From contig CBDBDQ010000005.1 in the NCBI GenBank assembly GCA_965203905.1, forward strand, positions 768,001 through 832,000: a DNA stretch of 64,000 nucleotides, read 5' to 3'. Positions 48,158-57,929 of the stretch are shown here, piece by piece. Below the pieces are notes generated by a model. It was given only the letters and a program-made list of their open reading frames with translations, was not told the origin of the DNA and did no database searches. Each line of letters begins with the position of its first letter. Positions within the stretch are counted from its first letter, which is position 1. Both the position numbers and the translations under genes were made by a program. The DNA comes from Spirochaetia bacterium (lineage in GTDB: Bacteria; Spirochaetota; Spirochaetia; SZUA-6; Bin103).

Positions 48158-49285
48158 TCACAACTGCTTGTAGGGGTCGGCGGCATCGCGCAGCCCGTCG
48201 CCCACGAAGTTGAACGCCAGCACGGCCACCACCACCGCGGTCGACGGCAGCAGCAGCCACGGGTGCAGCGCCACGGTCCTGATGTTCTGCGCCTCGCTCA
48301 GCAGCACGCCCCAGCTCAAGGTGGGTGGCCGCAGGCCGAGTCCGAGGAAGCTGAGCCCGGTCTCGCCCAGGATCATGCCGGGGACCGCCAGCGTGACGCG
48401 CACGATCAGGTAGCTCAGAAAGCCGGGCAGCAGGTGGCGGCCGATGATGCTGGAGTCGCTGCGCCCTGCCACCTTCGCCGCCAGCACGTAGTCGTCGGTC
48501 TTCAGGCTCATCAGCTTGCCGCGCACCACGCGCGCCAGCCCGGTCCAGTTGCTCAGCGACAGGATGACCGTGATCGCAAAGTAGATCCTGATCTGCGGCC
48601 ACTCGCGCGGCAGGGCCGCCGACAACGCCATCCACAACGGCAGCGTCGGGATCGACATGATGAACTCGATGATCCGCTGGATCACGGTATCCACCCGGCC
48701 GCCGAAGTATCCGGAAATCCCCCCGAGCAGACAGCCCAGCAGGAACGTGATCGCCACCCCGACCAGTCCGATGGTGAGCGAGATGCGGGAGGCGAAGATG
48801 GTGCGGCTGAACACGTCCCGGCCCAGGTCGTCGGTCCCGAACAGGAACAGGTGCGCCGGCTCCGCCACACCGACGAGATGGATGTCGGAGCGAATGATCC
48901 CCAGCAGCCGGTACTCGTCACCGCGGGCAAAGAACCGCAGGTAGTGGCGCTCGCTGGGATCCTCCTGGAACACGATGCGGAGGGTCCTCGGATCGCGCGC
49001 ACCGACCACCGGGTGCACGAACGGCCGCAGGCTGATTCCCCCCGCGTCGGCCAACCGCACCCGCACCGGCGGGGCATCCTGGAAGGCGTCGAAGTAGCGG
49101 TGCGGATCATACAGGGTCAGGAAGGGCGCGAATATGGCGGCGAAGTAGAAGCACGCCAGCACCCCACCCCCGAGCACGGCCAGCCGGTGGCGCCGCAGCT
49201 TGCGCCACATCAGTTGCCACTGGGACGCCGTATAGAAATCGAGCTCCCGCTGGGGCGAGGATCGCATAACCGCCGGCTCGCTCAT
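48158..49285 (-). CDS. ABC transporter permease (OppC-type)
   Basis: FGTDDLGRDVFSR, LKTDDYVLAAK, AFNFVGDGLRDAADP. Confidence 0.92.
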   Translation of the reverse strand: MSEPAVMRSSPQRELDFYTASQWQLMWRKLRRHRLAVLGGGVLACFYFAAIFAPFLTLYDPHRYFDAFQDAPPVRVRLADAGGISLRPFVHPVVGARDPRTLRIVFQEDPSERHYLRFFARGDEYRLLGIIRSDIHLVGVAEPAHLFLFGTDDLGRDVFSRTIFASRISLTIGLVGVAITFLLGCLLGGISGYFGGRVDTVIQRIIEFIMSIPTLPLWMALSAALPREWPQIRIYFAITVILSLSNWTGLARVVRGKLMSLKTDDYVLAAKVAGRSDSSIIGRHLLPGFLSYLIVRVTLAVPGMILGETGLSFLGLGLRPPTLSWGVLLSEAQNIRTVALHPWLLLPSTAVVVAVLAFNFVGDGLRDAADPYKQL

Positions 49286-50268
49286 TCGAATCGAATCCTC
49301 GGGTCCGACCAGACCAGGAGCAGGTCCGAGACGAAGGTCCCCACCAGGGTCAGGAAGGTGAGGATCAGCACCACGCTGCCGGCCAGGTACATGTCCTGCG
49401 ACAGCAGCGACCCCAGCAGCAGGGGGCCGATCGTGGGCAGGCTCATCACCACCGAGACGATCGCATCGCCCGAGACGATCTCCGGCAACAGCCACCCCAC
49501 CGTGCTGATCTGCGGGTTGAGCGCGACCCGGACCGGATAGCGGAACAGCAGCCGCGTCTCGGCCACCCCCTTGGCGCGCGCGGTCACCACGTAGGCCTTG
49601 TGCAGCTCGTCCAGCAGGGTCGCCCGCATGCTCCGGATCAGGCCCGCGGTACCGGCCGTTCCGATCACCACCACCGGCACGATGAGGTGCCCGAGCAGAT
49701 CCACCAGCTTGCCGAGGCTCCACGACGCCTGCGCGTACTCGTAGGAGAACAGCCCGCCGGGCGTGATGCCGAACAGCCTCAGCAGCACGAACATCAGCAC
49801 CAGCGCGAGCAGGAAGTTGGGCGTGGCCAGCCCCAGGAAGCCGAACACGGTGGCCGAGTAGTCACCCACCGAGTACTGGTGCGTGGCGACGTAGATCCCG
49901 ATCGGGATGGCCAGGGCGAAGGTGAACAGCAGGGTCGCCGACGACAGCACCACCGAGAACGGCAGGCGCACGGCGATGAGATCCCCGATCGGCCGGTTGA
50001 ACTGAAACGAATGGCCGAAGTCGCCGCGCAGAACGATGCCGCGCATCCAGGTGAGGTACTGGCCGTGCAGCGGCTGGTCCAGGCCGTAGCGCCGGGTAAG
50101 GTCGGCCAGCTCGGCCTGGTCGACCAACTCCCCGCTCGCCTCCAGTTCCTCCACCAGGCGATCGAGGTAGTTGCCCGGCGGCAGGTTGATCAGGACGAAC
50201 GCGAACACGGACACCAGCGCCATCATGATCACCATGTAGAGCGCACGACGCGCGATGTACTTCAGCAT
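49282..50268 (-). CDS. ABC transporter permease (OppB-type)
   Basis: YIARR, NLPPG, LDELHKAYVVTARAKG, DPRI. Confidence 0.93.
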   Translation of the reverse strand: MLKYIARRALYMVIMMALVSVFAFVLINLPPGNYLDRLVEELEASGELVDQAELADLTRRYGLDQPLHGQYLTWMRGIVLRGDFGHSFQFNRPIGDLIAVRLPFSVVLSSATLLFTFALAIPIGIYVATHQYSVGDYSATVFGFLGLATPNFLLALVLMFVLLRLFGITPGGLFSYEYAQASWSLGKLVDLLGHLIVPVVVIGTAGTAGLIRSMRATLLDELHKAYVVTARAKGVAETRLLFRYPVRVALNPQISTVGWLLPEIVSGDAIVSVVMSLPTIGPLLLGSLLSQDMYLAGSVVLILTFLTLVGTFVSDLLLVWSDPRIRFE

Positions 50269-50337
50269 TAGCCGTGTGCCCTGCGGGCACTGCCGAAACG
50301 AGGCGCCCGGGGCCGGGCCGGACGCCTCGCTTCGCCG

Positions 50338-52395
50338 CTACTCCTTGAAGAAATACTGGTCGGAGTAGTCCAGGATGCCGTTGCTGTCCCAGTCCAGCGC
50401 TTCGGCCCGGGCGATGTTGCCGAGCTTCTTCGAGAACACGAACGGGTGGCCGACGGCGGTAACCGTGCCGATCACCGGCAGGTGCTCGCTCTGCATGCGC
50501 CACGCGGTCTTCGCCGCCGCGGTCGCGTCCGCCTCGTCCACCGCGGCCAGGTACGCCTTCTGGCTGTCCCGGATCGTGATGTACCACTGCGGCGGCTCGA
50601 TCCCCTTCTCGCCGTTGGTGTTGTACCAGTGGTTCCACGACACGTTGGCTACGGCGCCACCGAGGAACCATGGATCGATGGGGGTCACCGTGCCCGCGGC
50701 GTGCCACATCGTCACCATGTTCTCGTAGCTGTTGCGCACCTTGGCGTAGGCGCCGCCCGAGGTCTCCTTGACGTCGACGCGGATGCCGATCGCCTCCCAG
50801 TAGCGCTTGGCGAAGTCGGCTCCCGCGAGCGGCGCCTGCACCTGGGGGTACTCGAATATGAACAGGAACGGCTCACCGTCGAGCCGCTCCCGCCAGCCGT
50901 CGCCGTCGACATCGACCAGGCCCAGCTCGTCGAGAAGCTGTTTCGCCTTCTCCGGGTCGTACGCCGCGTACGCCTCCTCCATTCCCTCCTCGTAGTACGG
51001 CCCCCCGCGATCGGTTGCGAACTGGGCCACCCGCCCCGTGCCACGCATGATCGTCTCCTTGATCTGATTGCGGTCCAGGGCGTGCGACAGCGCCGCACGA
51101 AAGCGCAGGTCGCCGAGGATCTTGCGGATCTCGGGATCCGCGTGGCCCATGTTCACCAGGTACAGCAGGATCTGGTTGGAGGGGTGCCGCGGCAGCAGCA
51201 GCTCGTAGCCCCCGGCTTCCTGATTCTCGGCAAACAGCGGGTAGTCGGCGATGGTCTCGAAGTGGCCGTCCATGTCCAGCTCGCCGGCTATCAGCTTCAG
51301 GTCGCCGACGTTCTTGTCCGCCACCAGCACGCTGTGCACCCGGTCGATGTACGGAAGCTGGTTGCCGGCGGTGTCGACGATGGCGTAATACGGGTTCCGT
51401 TCCCAGAAGAAGTCCCCCGTAGGTCCTATCTCGGTCAGGATGTACGGATCCAGCGTAGGCTGTTCGGTCGCGTTCAGCTGCAGGGTGACCACGTGCGAAC
51501 CCCTGGTGCGCATCCCGAGGTAGAACTTCGGCCACTCCTCCTGGGTTTCGAATCCCTTCTCCTTCATCACCGGCAGCAACTCGTCCCACGAGGCGTGGTC
51601 CTTGTGGAACTGCTTCATGTAGTGCGCCGGCTGGATGAAGTTCTCCCAGCGATCCGGTCCGATGCCGGTACCGGGGAGAAAGCTGGGATTGGGATGGTCG
51701 AAGACGTATCTGAAGGTGTACCGGTCGACGATCTCCAGGCTCACCGTGGCCTCGCCCGCCGCCGCCTGCCAGCGCATCCAGGAAGGTGGGGAGCCCCGCA
51801 GATCCGAGTTGAGGAAGTCGTCGTTGAAGGCGTACGCGATGTCCTCGGTGGTCGCCGGGACACCATCCGACCACTTCAGACCCTTGCGAATCGTGAAGGT
51901 GTGGGTGTGGCCGTCGGCACTCTTGTCCCAACTCTCGAACACCCCCGGCTGGGCGCGCCACAAGCGCGGACCGGCGAACCAGTACATGCCGCCCGCTCCG
52001 TAGGGTGGCTGGTGGATCAGCCGCAAGGAATTGAAGAAGGCCATGTGGGTGTGCGCGCTGGGGCGGAAGTTCGGCACCCGGAGGGTCCCGCCGTAGCGTC
52101 CCACCTGTTCGAGGGGAATGATGACCAGCGGATTGTCGGGCAGCCGCTCCGCCACCGGCGGCAGCCCTCGGCCGGCGAGCATCGGAGACTCGCTGAACCC
52201 GGCAATCTCCAGCCCGGTGAGCCGCTGGTACTCGTCGATGTTGTAGTACCCGGGCTCCAGATCCGGGATGTCGGCGGCCGCGGTGGTTTCCGCCGCCGTG
52301 GCACCCTCGCTCTCACTCTCTGCGCCGGCGCTCAGCAGCGCCGCCGAGAAGAGCAGCAAGGTGGCGACAAACAGACCGTGCATAAACAGCTTCAT
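50338..52395 (-). CDS. ABC transporter substrate-binding protein, family 5 (copy A)
   Basis: ESPMLAGRGLPPVAERLP, IRKGLKWSDG, RNPYYAIVDTAGNQLPYID; GAGGAGG RBS. Confidence 0.93.
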   Translation of the reverse strand: MKLFMHGLFVATLLLFSAALLSAGAESESEGATAAETTAAADIPDLEPGYYNIDEYQRLTGLEIAGFSESPMLAGRGLPPVAERLPDNPLVIIPLEQVGRYGGTLRVPNFRPSAHTHMAFFNSLRLIHQPPYGAGGMYWFAGPRLWRAQPGVFESWDKSADGHTHTFTIRKGLKWSDGVPATTEDIAYAFNDDFLNSDLRGSPPSWMRWQAAAGEATVSLEIVDRYTFRYVFDHPNPSFLPGTGIGPDRWENFIQPAHYMKQFHKDHASWDELLPVMKEKGFETQEEWPKFYLGMRTRGSHVVTLQLNATEQPTLDPYILTEIGPTGDFFWERNPYYAIVDTAGNQLPYIDRVHSVLVADKNVGDLKLIAGELDMDGHFETIADYPLFAENQEAGGYELLLPRHPSNQILLYLVNMGHADPEIRKILGDLRFRAALSHALDRNQIKETIMRGTGRVAQFATDRGGPYYEEGMEEAYAAYDPEKAKQLLDELGLVDVDGDGWRERLDGEPFLFIFEYPQVQAPLAGADFAKRYWEAIGIRVDVKETSGGAYAKVRNSYENMVTMWHAAGTVTPIDPWFLGGAVANVSWNHWYNTNGEKGIEPPQWYITIRDSQKAYLAAVDEADATAAAKTAWRMQSEHLPVIGTVTAVGHPFVFSKKLGNIARAEALDWDSNGILDYSDQYFFKE

Positions 52396-52455
52396 TGGGT
52401 CCTCCTCGGTGTCCGCGGGCTCCGGCGTTCGACACCGCCCGCGGTCCGGACGTTC

Positions 52456-52484
52456 AGACTACGCCCGCCCTCCGGGTGCGTCAA
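52456..52484 (-). promoter_or_regulatory. Sigma70 promoter of SBP copy A
   Basis: TTGACG-N17-TAGTCT. Confidence 0.65.
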
Positions 52485-52582
52485 ATCACACGACGCGCGA
52501 GGTACTTCAGCAGAAGCCGTGTGCCCTGCGGGCACTACCGAAACGAGGCGCCCGCTGCCCGGTCGGACGCCTCGCGTAACCG

Positions 52583-54640
52583 CTACTCCTTGAAGAAGTA
52601 CTGGTCGGAGTACTCGAGGATGGCGTTGCTGTCCCAGTCCAGCGCTTCGGCCCGGGCGATGTTGCCGAGCTTCTTCGAGAACACGAACGGGTGGCCGACC
52701 CCGGTAACAGTGCCGATCACCGGCAGGTGCTCGGTCTGCATGCGCCACGCGGTCTTCGCCGCCTCGGTCGCATCCGCCTCGTCCACCGCGGCCAGGTACG
52801 CCTTCTGGCTGTCGCGAATCGTGATGTACCACTGCGGCGGCTCGATCCCCTTCTCGCCACTGGTGTTGTACCAGTGGTTCCATGACACGTTGGCGACGGC
52901 GCCACCGAGGAACCATGGATCGATGGGAGTCAGCGTACCCGCGGCGTGCCACATCGTCACCATGTTCTCATAGCTGTTGCGCACCTTGGCGTAAGCGCCG
53001 CCCGACGTCTCCTTGACGTCGACGCGGATGCCGATCGCCTCCCAGTAGCGCTTGGCGAAGTCGGCTCCCGCGAGCGGCGCCTGCACCTGCGGGTACTCGA
53101 AGATGAACAGGAACGGCTCGCCGTCGAGCCGGTCCCGCCAGCCGTCGCCGTCGACATCGACCATGCCCAGATCGTCGAGAAGCTGTTCCGCCTTCTCCGG
53201 ATCGTAGGCCGCGTACGCCTCTTCCATTCCTTCCTCGTAGTACGGCCCCCCGCGGTCGGTGGCGAACTGGGCCACCCGCCCCGTCCCGCGCATGATCGTC
53301 TCCTTGATCTGATTGCGGTCCAGCGCGTGCGACAGGGCCGCGCGGAAGCGCAGGTCGCCCAGGATCTTGCGAATCTCGGGATCCGCGTGGCCCATGTTCA
53401 CCAGGTACAGGAGGATCTGGTTGGAGGGGTGCCGCGGCAGCAGGAGCTCGTAGCCCCCGGCTTCCTGATTCTCGGCAAACAGCGGGTAGTCGGCGATGGT
53501 CTCGAAGATGCCATCCATGTCCAGCTCGCCGGCGATCAGCTTCAGATCGCCGACGTTCTTGTCTGCCACGAGCACGCTGTGCACCCGGTCGATGTACGGA
53601 AGCTGGTTACCGGCGGTGTCGACGATGGCGTAATACGGGTTCCGTTCCCAGAAGAAGTCCCCCGTAGGTCCTATCTCGGTCAGGATGTACGGATCCAGGG
53701 TAGGCTGTTCGGTGGCATTCAACTGCAGGGTGACCACGTGAGCACCCCTGGTGCGCATGCCGAGGTAGAACTTGGGCCACTCCTCCTGGGTCTCGAATCC
53801 CTTCTCCTTCATCACCGGCAGCAGCTCGTCCCACGAGGTGTGGTCCTGGTGGAACTGCTTCATGTAGTGCGCCGGCTGGATGAAGTTCTCCCAGCGATCA
53901 GGTGCGATTCCGGTACCGGCGAGAAAGCTGGGATTGGGATGGTCGAAGACGTATCTGAAGGTGTACCGGTCGACGATCTCCAGGCTCACCGTGGCCTCCC
54001 CGGCCGTCGCCTGCCAGCGCATCCAGGCAGGCGGCGAGCCGCGCAGATCCGAGTTCATGAAGTCGTCGTTGAAGGCGTAGGCGATGTCATCGGTAGTAAC
54101 CGGGACACCGTCCGACCACTTCAGACCCTCGCGAATCGTGTAGGTATGGGTGTGGCCGTCGGCACTCTTGCCCCAGCTCTCGAACACCCCCGGCTGCGCG
54201 CGCCACAACCGCGGGCCCGCGAACCAGTAGATGCCGCCCGCTCCGTGCGGCGGCTGGTGGACCAGCCGGAACGAATTGATGAGGTGCATGTGGACGTGCG
54301 CGTTGGGGCGGAAGTTCGGCAACCGGAGGTTGCCGCCGTAGCGTCCCACCTGTTCGAGGGGGATCATCACCAGCGGATTGTCGGGCAACCGCTCTGCCAC
54401 CGGCGGTAGCCCTCCGCCGCTGAGCATCGGAGACTCGCTGAACCCGGTAATCTCGCGCCCGGTAAGCTGCTGGTACTCGTCGATGTTGTAGTACCCGGGT
54501 TCCAGATCCGGGATGTCGGCGGCCGCGGTGGTTTCCGCCGCCGCGGCACCCTCGCTCTCACTCTCTGCGCCAGCGCTCAGCAGCGCCGCCGAGAAGAGCA
54601 GCAAGATGGCGACTAGCAGACCGTGCATAAAAGGCTTCAT
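52583..54640 (-). CDS. ABC transporter substrate-binding protein, family 5 (copy B)
   Basis: Same length (685 aa) and near-identical to copy A. Confidence 0.93.
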   Translation of the reverse strand: MKPFMHGLLVAILLLFSAALLSAGAESESEGAAAAETTAAADIPDLEPGYYNIDEYQQLTGREITGFSESPMLSGGGLPPVAERLPDNPLVMIPLEQVGRYGGNLRLPNFRPNAHVHMHLINSFRLVHQPPHGAGGIYWFAGPRLWRAQPGVFESWGKSADGHTHTYTIREGLKWSDGVPVTTDDIAYAFNDDFMNSDLRGSPPAWMRWQATAGEATVSLEIVDRYTFRYVFDHPNPSFLAGTGIAPDRWENFIQPAHYMKQFHQDHTSWDELLPVMKEKGFETQEEWPKFYLGMRTRGAHVVTLQLNATEQPTLDPYILTEIGPTGDFFWERNPYYAIVDTAGNQLPYIDRVHSVLVADKNVGDLKLIAGELDMDGIFETIADYPLFAENQEAGGYELLLPRHPSNQILLYLVNMGHADPEIRKILGDLRFRAALSHALDRNQIKETIMRGTGRVAQFATDRGGPYYEEGMEEAYAAYDPEKAEQLLDDLGMVDVDGDGWRDRLDGEPFLFIFEYPQVQAPLAGADFAKRYWEAIGIRVDVKETSGGAYAKVRNSYENMVTMWHAAGTLTPIDPWFLGGAVANVSWNHWYNTSGEKGIEPPQWYITIRDSQKAYLAAVDEADATEAAKTAWRMQTEHLPVIGTVTGVGHPFVFSKKLGNIARAEALDWDSNAILEYSDQYFFKE

Positions 54641-54700
54641 TGGGTCCTCCTCGGTGTCCGCGGGCTCTCGCGTTCGACACCGCCCGCAGTCCGGACGTTC

Positions 54701-54729
54701 AGACTATGCCCTCCCTCCCGGCCAGTCAA
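54701..54729 (-). promoter_or_regulatory. Sigma70 promoter of SBP copy B
   Basis: TTGACT-N17-TAGTCT; hexamers nearly identical to copy A while the spacer has diverged. Confidence 0.65.
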
Positions 54730-54730
54730 A

Positions 54731-55543
54731 TCACGGCGCTGCCAGTGGCTCTCCGCTCGCGACGTTGCGAAACCACTCGTGGACGACCCGGGGAGCGTGG
54801 CCGTCCACGTTGGCCGGCCCGTGGCCCGCCCCCAGGTCGCCCCCCTCGACGATGCGGGTGTCGATGCTCAGCCGGGTCCGGCCGGTCCGGTTGGGCCGGC
54901 TGGCGTGCAGATGAGCCCCGGAAAAGCACAGCAGGTCGCCGGGCTCGATCAGGACCGGGACCTCCGGCGCGCCGTCGAGCGGGGCCCGACACTCGGGCAG
55001 CAGCGGATAGCGCCCCGGCGCCGCGCGCAGTTTCTCGAGGTCCCAGTCGGCACTGGTGTTGGGCACCGGCCGGCCGAACAGCGTCGGCCATATCACCATG
55101 GTGGCCCCCGGTTCGACCGGGAACACCGGGCCCCAGAGGTTGATCTGAGCCATGACGTTGGAGCCCCAGGTGTCGCGGTGGGGAGGGAGATCCCGCACCC
55201 GGCGGCCGCGATGGGTATCGCCGCTCGGCTGCAGGCGCAGGATGAGGCGGTCGGCGTAAGTAAAGGCGAGGTCGAGGCCCAGAGACTCGATCAGCGATCG
55301 AAACGTGGCGCGCACTGCCGCGTCGCGCATGAAGGAACGCCTGAGGGCTGCCGCTCTCGCGAGGAACTCCACGCGGTCGAACCACTCCTGCGCCTCCGGC
55401 GGCGCCTGCGGAGCGAACGCCTCGCAGGCCAGCGCCCGCGCCCGCGCGACCAGCGCCGCCATCGCGGGCAGCCGCCGGAACACCAGGATCTCGCCGCGAT
55501 AGAGCCGCCCCCGATCGAGCGGTGTCTCCGCCGCAGTCACCAT
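54731..55543 (-). CDS. Putative Fe(II)/2OG oxygenase (non-PhyH)
   Basis: PPHRDTW (HxD), INLWGP, PGDLLCFSGAHLHAS, TRLSIDTR. Confidence 0.65.
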   Translation of the reverse strand: MVTAAETPLDRGRLYRGEILVFRRLPAMAALVARARALACEAFAPQAPPEAQEWFDRVEFLARAAALRRSFMRDAAVRATFRSLIESLGLDLAFTYADRLILRLQPSGDTHRGRRVRDLPPHRDTWGSNVMAQINLWGPVFPVEPGATMVIWPTLFGRPVPNTSADWDLEKLRAAPGRYPLLPECRAPLDGAPEVPVLIEPGDLLCFSGAHLHASRPNRTGRTRLSIDTRIVEGGDLGAGHGPANVDGHAPRVVHEWFRNVASGEPLAAP

Positions 55544-55624
55544 GCCGTGATGTCGCGGTGGCCGTCCGTGGTCAGGCACCATGCAGGCGACCGGCACCCA
55601 CGGGTCGTCGCGGCCCGCGGGCGG

Positions 55625-56911
55625 TCATTCGTCTTCGGCGGGCTCCTGGTCGCGGTCGCCGGCAAGCGCGGCCAGCGTGGTGCGGCGGGTCAGGACTCCG
55701 AGGAACCGGTCCCGCTCCCCGAGCACTGGGATCGGCAGGCGGTTTTCGGCGGCCACCCCGAGCAACTCGTCGAGAGATTGTTCCGCACGCGCGGTGGGGG
55801 CGTCGTCGCGGATCACGTCGCCGAGGTCGCGGTCGCCGCGCCGCGCCGCGGCCGCAACGTCGCTGATCAGCACCATGCCGCGGTAATGGTTGTCGGCATC
55901 GGTCACGAACCCCACCCTGCGCCCGTCGTGCTCCAGGGCCGCATGCGCGCTGCGCGGATCGGTATCGCACGCCAGCGACGTCACCGGATCCATCGCCAGG
56001 CCCGCGCTCAGTACGCGCGAACGGTTGACGTCCCGCACGAAGTCCTCGATGTACGAATCCGCCGGCGCGGTGATGATATCCTCCGGGGTACCGACCTGGA
56101 TCACTTTGCCATCCTTCAGGATCGCGATGCGGTCGCCGAGCCGCAGCGCCTCGTCGAGGTCGTGAGTGATGAACACGATGGTCTTGTTCAATTCGCGCTG
56201 CAGACGAACTAGCTCGTCCTGCATGTCGCGCCGAATCAGCGGATCGAGCGCACTGAACGGTTCGTCCATCAGCAGGATCTCGGGGTTGGTGCACAGCGCC
56301 CGCGCCAGCCCGACACGCTGCTGCATGCCGCCGGAGAGTTGATTGGGACGCATCCCCTCGTAACCCTTCAGACCGACCACGTCGATCCAGCGCCGGGCAC
56401 GCTCCCAGCGCTCCTCCTTGGCCATCCCCTGCACGCTCAGCCCGTAGGCGACGTTGCGCAGGACGTTGCGGTGCGGGAGCAGGCCGAAACGCTGGAACAC
56501 CATGCTCATCCTGGTGCGCCGCAACGCCTTGATCTCCGCGGCGGTCAATCCCACGACGTCGACGCCGCCGATCAGCACTTCCCCCGCCGTGGGTTCTATG
56601 AGGCGGTTGACGCAGCGCACGAAGGTGGACTTTCCGCTCCCCGACAAACCCATCACCACGAAAGTCTCCGCTGCCTGGATGTGCAGGTTGACGTCGTGGA
56701 GGCCGATGGTGTGCCCGGTGTCGGCGAGAATCTCATCCTTGCCGGCCCCTTCCTGCACCCGTGCCAGCACATCCCCCGGCCGGGGGCCGAATATCTTGTA
56801 CAGGTGTTGGACTTCGATGTCGCCGCGCTGCGAGGCGCCACCGTTCCCGCCGTGCACCGCATCGGCGCCGGGACTGCCGCTTTGGTCTCCGGGTCTCACT
56901 TCAGTCCCCAC
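55625..56911 (-). CDS. proV: Glycine betaine/proline ABC transporter ATP-binding protein with CBS domains
   Basis: LYKIFG, MGLSGSGKST, LSGGMQQRVGLARAL, DEPFSALDPLIRRDMQDEL. Confidence 0.93.
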   Translation of the reverse strand: MGTEVRPGDQSGSPGADAVHGGNGGASQRGDIEVQHLYKIFGPRPGDVLARVQEGAGKDEILADTGHTIGLHDVNLHIQAAETFVVMGLSGSGKSTFVRCVNRLIEPTAGEVLIGGVDVVGLTAAEIKALRRTRMSMVFQRFGLLPHRNVLRNVAYGLSVQGMAKEERWERARRWIDVVGLKGYEGMRPNQLSGGMQQRVGLARALCTNPEILLMDEPFSALDPLIRRDMQDELVRLQRELNKTIVFITHDLDEALRLGDRIAILKDGKVIQVGTPEDIITAPADSYIEDFVRDVNRSRVLSAGLAMDPVTSLACDTDPRSAHAALEHDGRRVGFVTDADNHYRGMVLISDVAAAARRGDRDLGDVIRDDAPTARAEQSLDELLGVAAENRLPIPVLGERDRFLGVLTRRTTLAALAGDRDQEPAEDE

Positions 56912-56918
56912 GACCGCC

Positions 56919-57830
56919 TCAGGCGCGCGCCGTCTTGGTCGGATCGAGCCGCACGCCGAATGCGGCCGTGATGCGATCGAAGATGATCGCCAGCGCCAGA
57001 ATGGCGAGACCCGCCTCCAGCCCCATGCCCACGTCGGCGTTGTTCAACCCGCGCAGCACCTGCTGGCCGAGGCCGCGCGCTCCGATCATCGAGGCGATCA
57101 CCACCATCGCCAGTGCCATCATGATCGTCTGGTTGACACCGGCCATGATGTTGGGCATTGCCAGCGGTATGCGCACTCCCCACAGGATCTGGCGCCCGGT
57201 AGCACCGAAGGCATCCGCCGCTTCTACGGTAGCGCTGTCCACCAGCCGGATGCCGAGGTCGGTGAGCCGGACGATCGGCGGGACGGCGTACACGAAGATG
57301 GCGAAAATCGCCGCCACGTTGCCAAGACCGAAGAAGAAGATGAAAGGGATCAGGTAGACGAACGGCGGCACGGTCTGCATTGCGTCGAGAAGCGGGCTGA
57401 TTACCGCGCGCACAAATCGGGTGGTAGCCATCAGAATGCCCACCGGGACACCGACCGCCACCGTGATGGAAGTCGCAATGAACAGGATCGCCAGCGTCCG
57501 CATGGTCTCTTCCCAGAGGTCCATCATGCCGATGAAGACCAGCGCTGCCGCCAGGGCGAGCACGAGCGTGCGGTTGCGCGACGCACTCCACGCCACCACG
57601 CATATGATGGCAATCACCAACCACCAGGGCAGCCAGACCAGGGACGTTTCGACCTGGCGCAACAACACCAGCACCAGGCTGTTCAAGGTATCGAAAGCGC
57701 TGCCGAAGTTCCGGACCAGGAACTTCAGGCCATCGTTGGTCCACTCCCGGAGCGGGATCTGGCACCCTTCCGGAAACGCCGTGAGGATCCGATTGAAACT
57801 GCCGGCGCACTCCTGCAACCAGGTGGTCAT
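56919..57830 (-). CDS. proW: Glycine betaine/proline ABC transporter permease
   Basis: LDAMQTVPPFVYLIP, RLTDLGIR, EAADAFG, MAGVNQTIMMAL. Confidence 0.93.
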   Translation of the reverse strand: MTTWLQECAGSFNRILTAFPEGCQIPLREWTNDGLKFLVRNFGSAFDTLNSLVLVLLRQVETSLVWLPWWLVIAIICVVAWSASRNRTLVLALAAALVFIGMMDLWEETMRTLAILFIATSITVAVGVPVGILMATTRFVRAVISPLLDAMQTVPPFVYLIPFIFFFGLGNVAAIFAIFVYAVPPIVRLTDLGIRLVDSATVEAADAFGATGRQILWGVRIPLAMPNIMAGVNQTIMMALAMVVIASMIGARGLGQQVLRGLNNADVGMGLEAGLAILALAIIFDRITAAFGVRLDPTKTARA

Positions 57831-57867
57831 GAATTGCAGATTCTCGAGTCCGACGCGATAAGAGTCA

Positions 57868-57894
57868 GGGCAGGCGCAACCGGTGCGCCTGCCC
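57868..57894 (-). terminator. Hairpin between proX and proW
   Basis: GGGCAGGCGCA-N5-TGCGCCTGCCC. Confidence 0.55.
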
Positions 57895-57929
57895 CGTCGC
57901 CGCCTCGAGGCGATCTACCGGCCGCGGAA

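Larger units (their letters stand above)
50244..54734. repeat. Tandem duplication, unit 2,245 bp (about 50244-52488 and 52489-54734)
   Basis: Collinear at constant offset 2245; includes promoter, SBP, downstream hairpin and the first codons of the permease; CAC at both ends. Confidence 0.95.
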
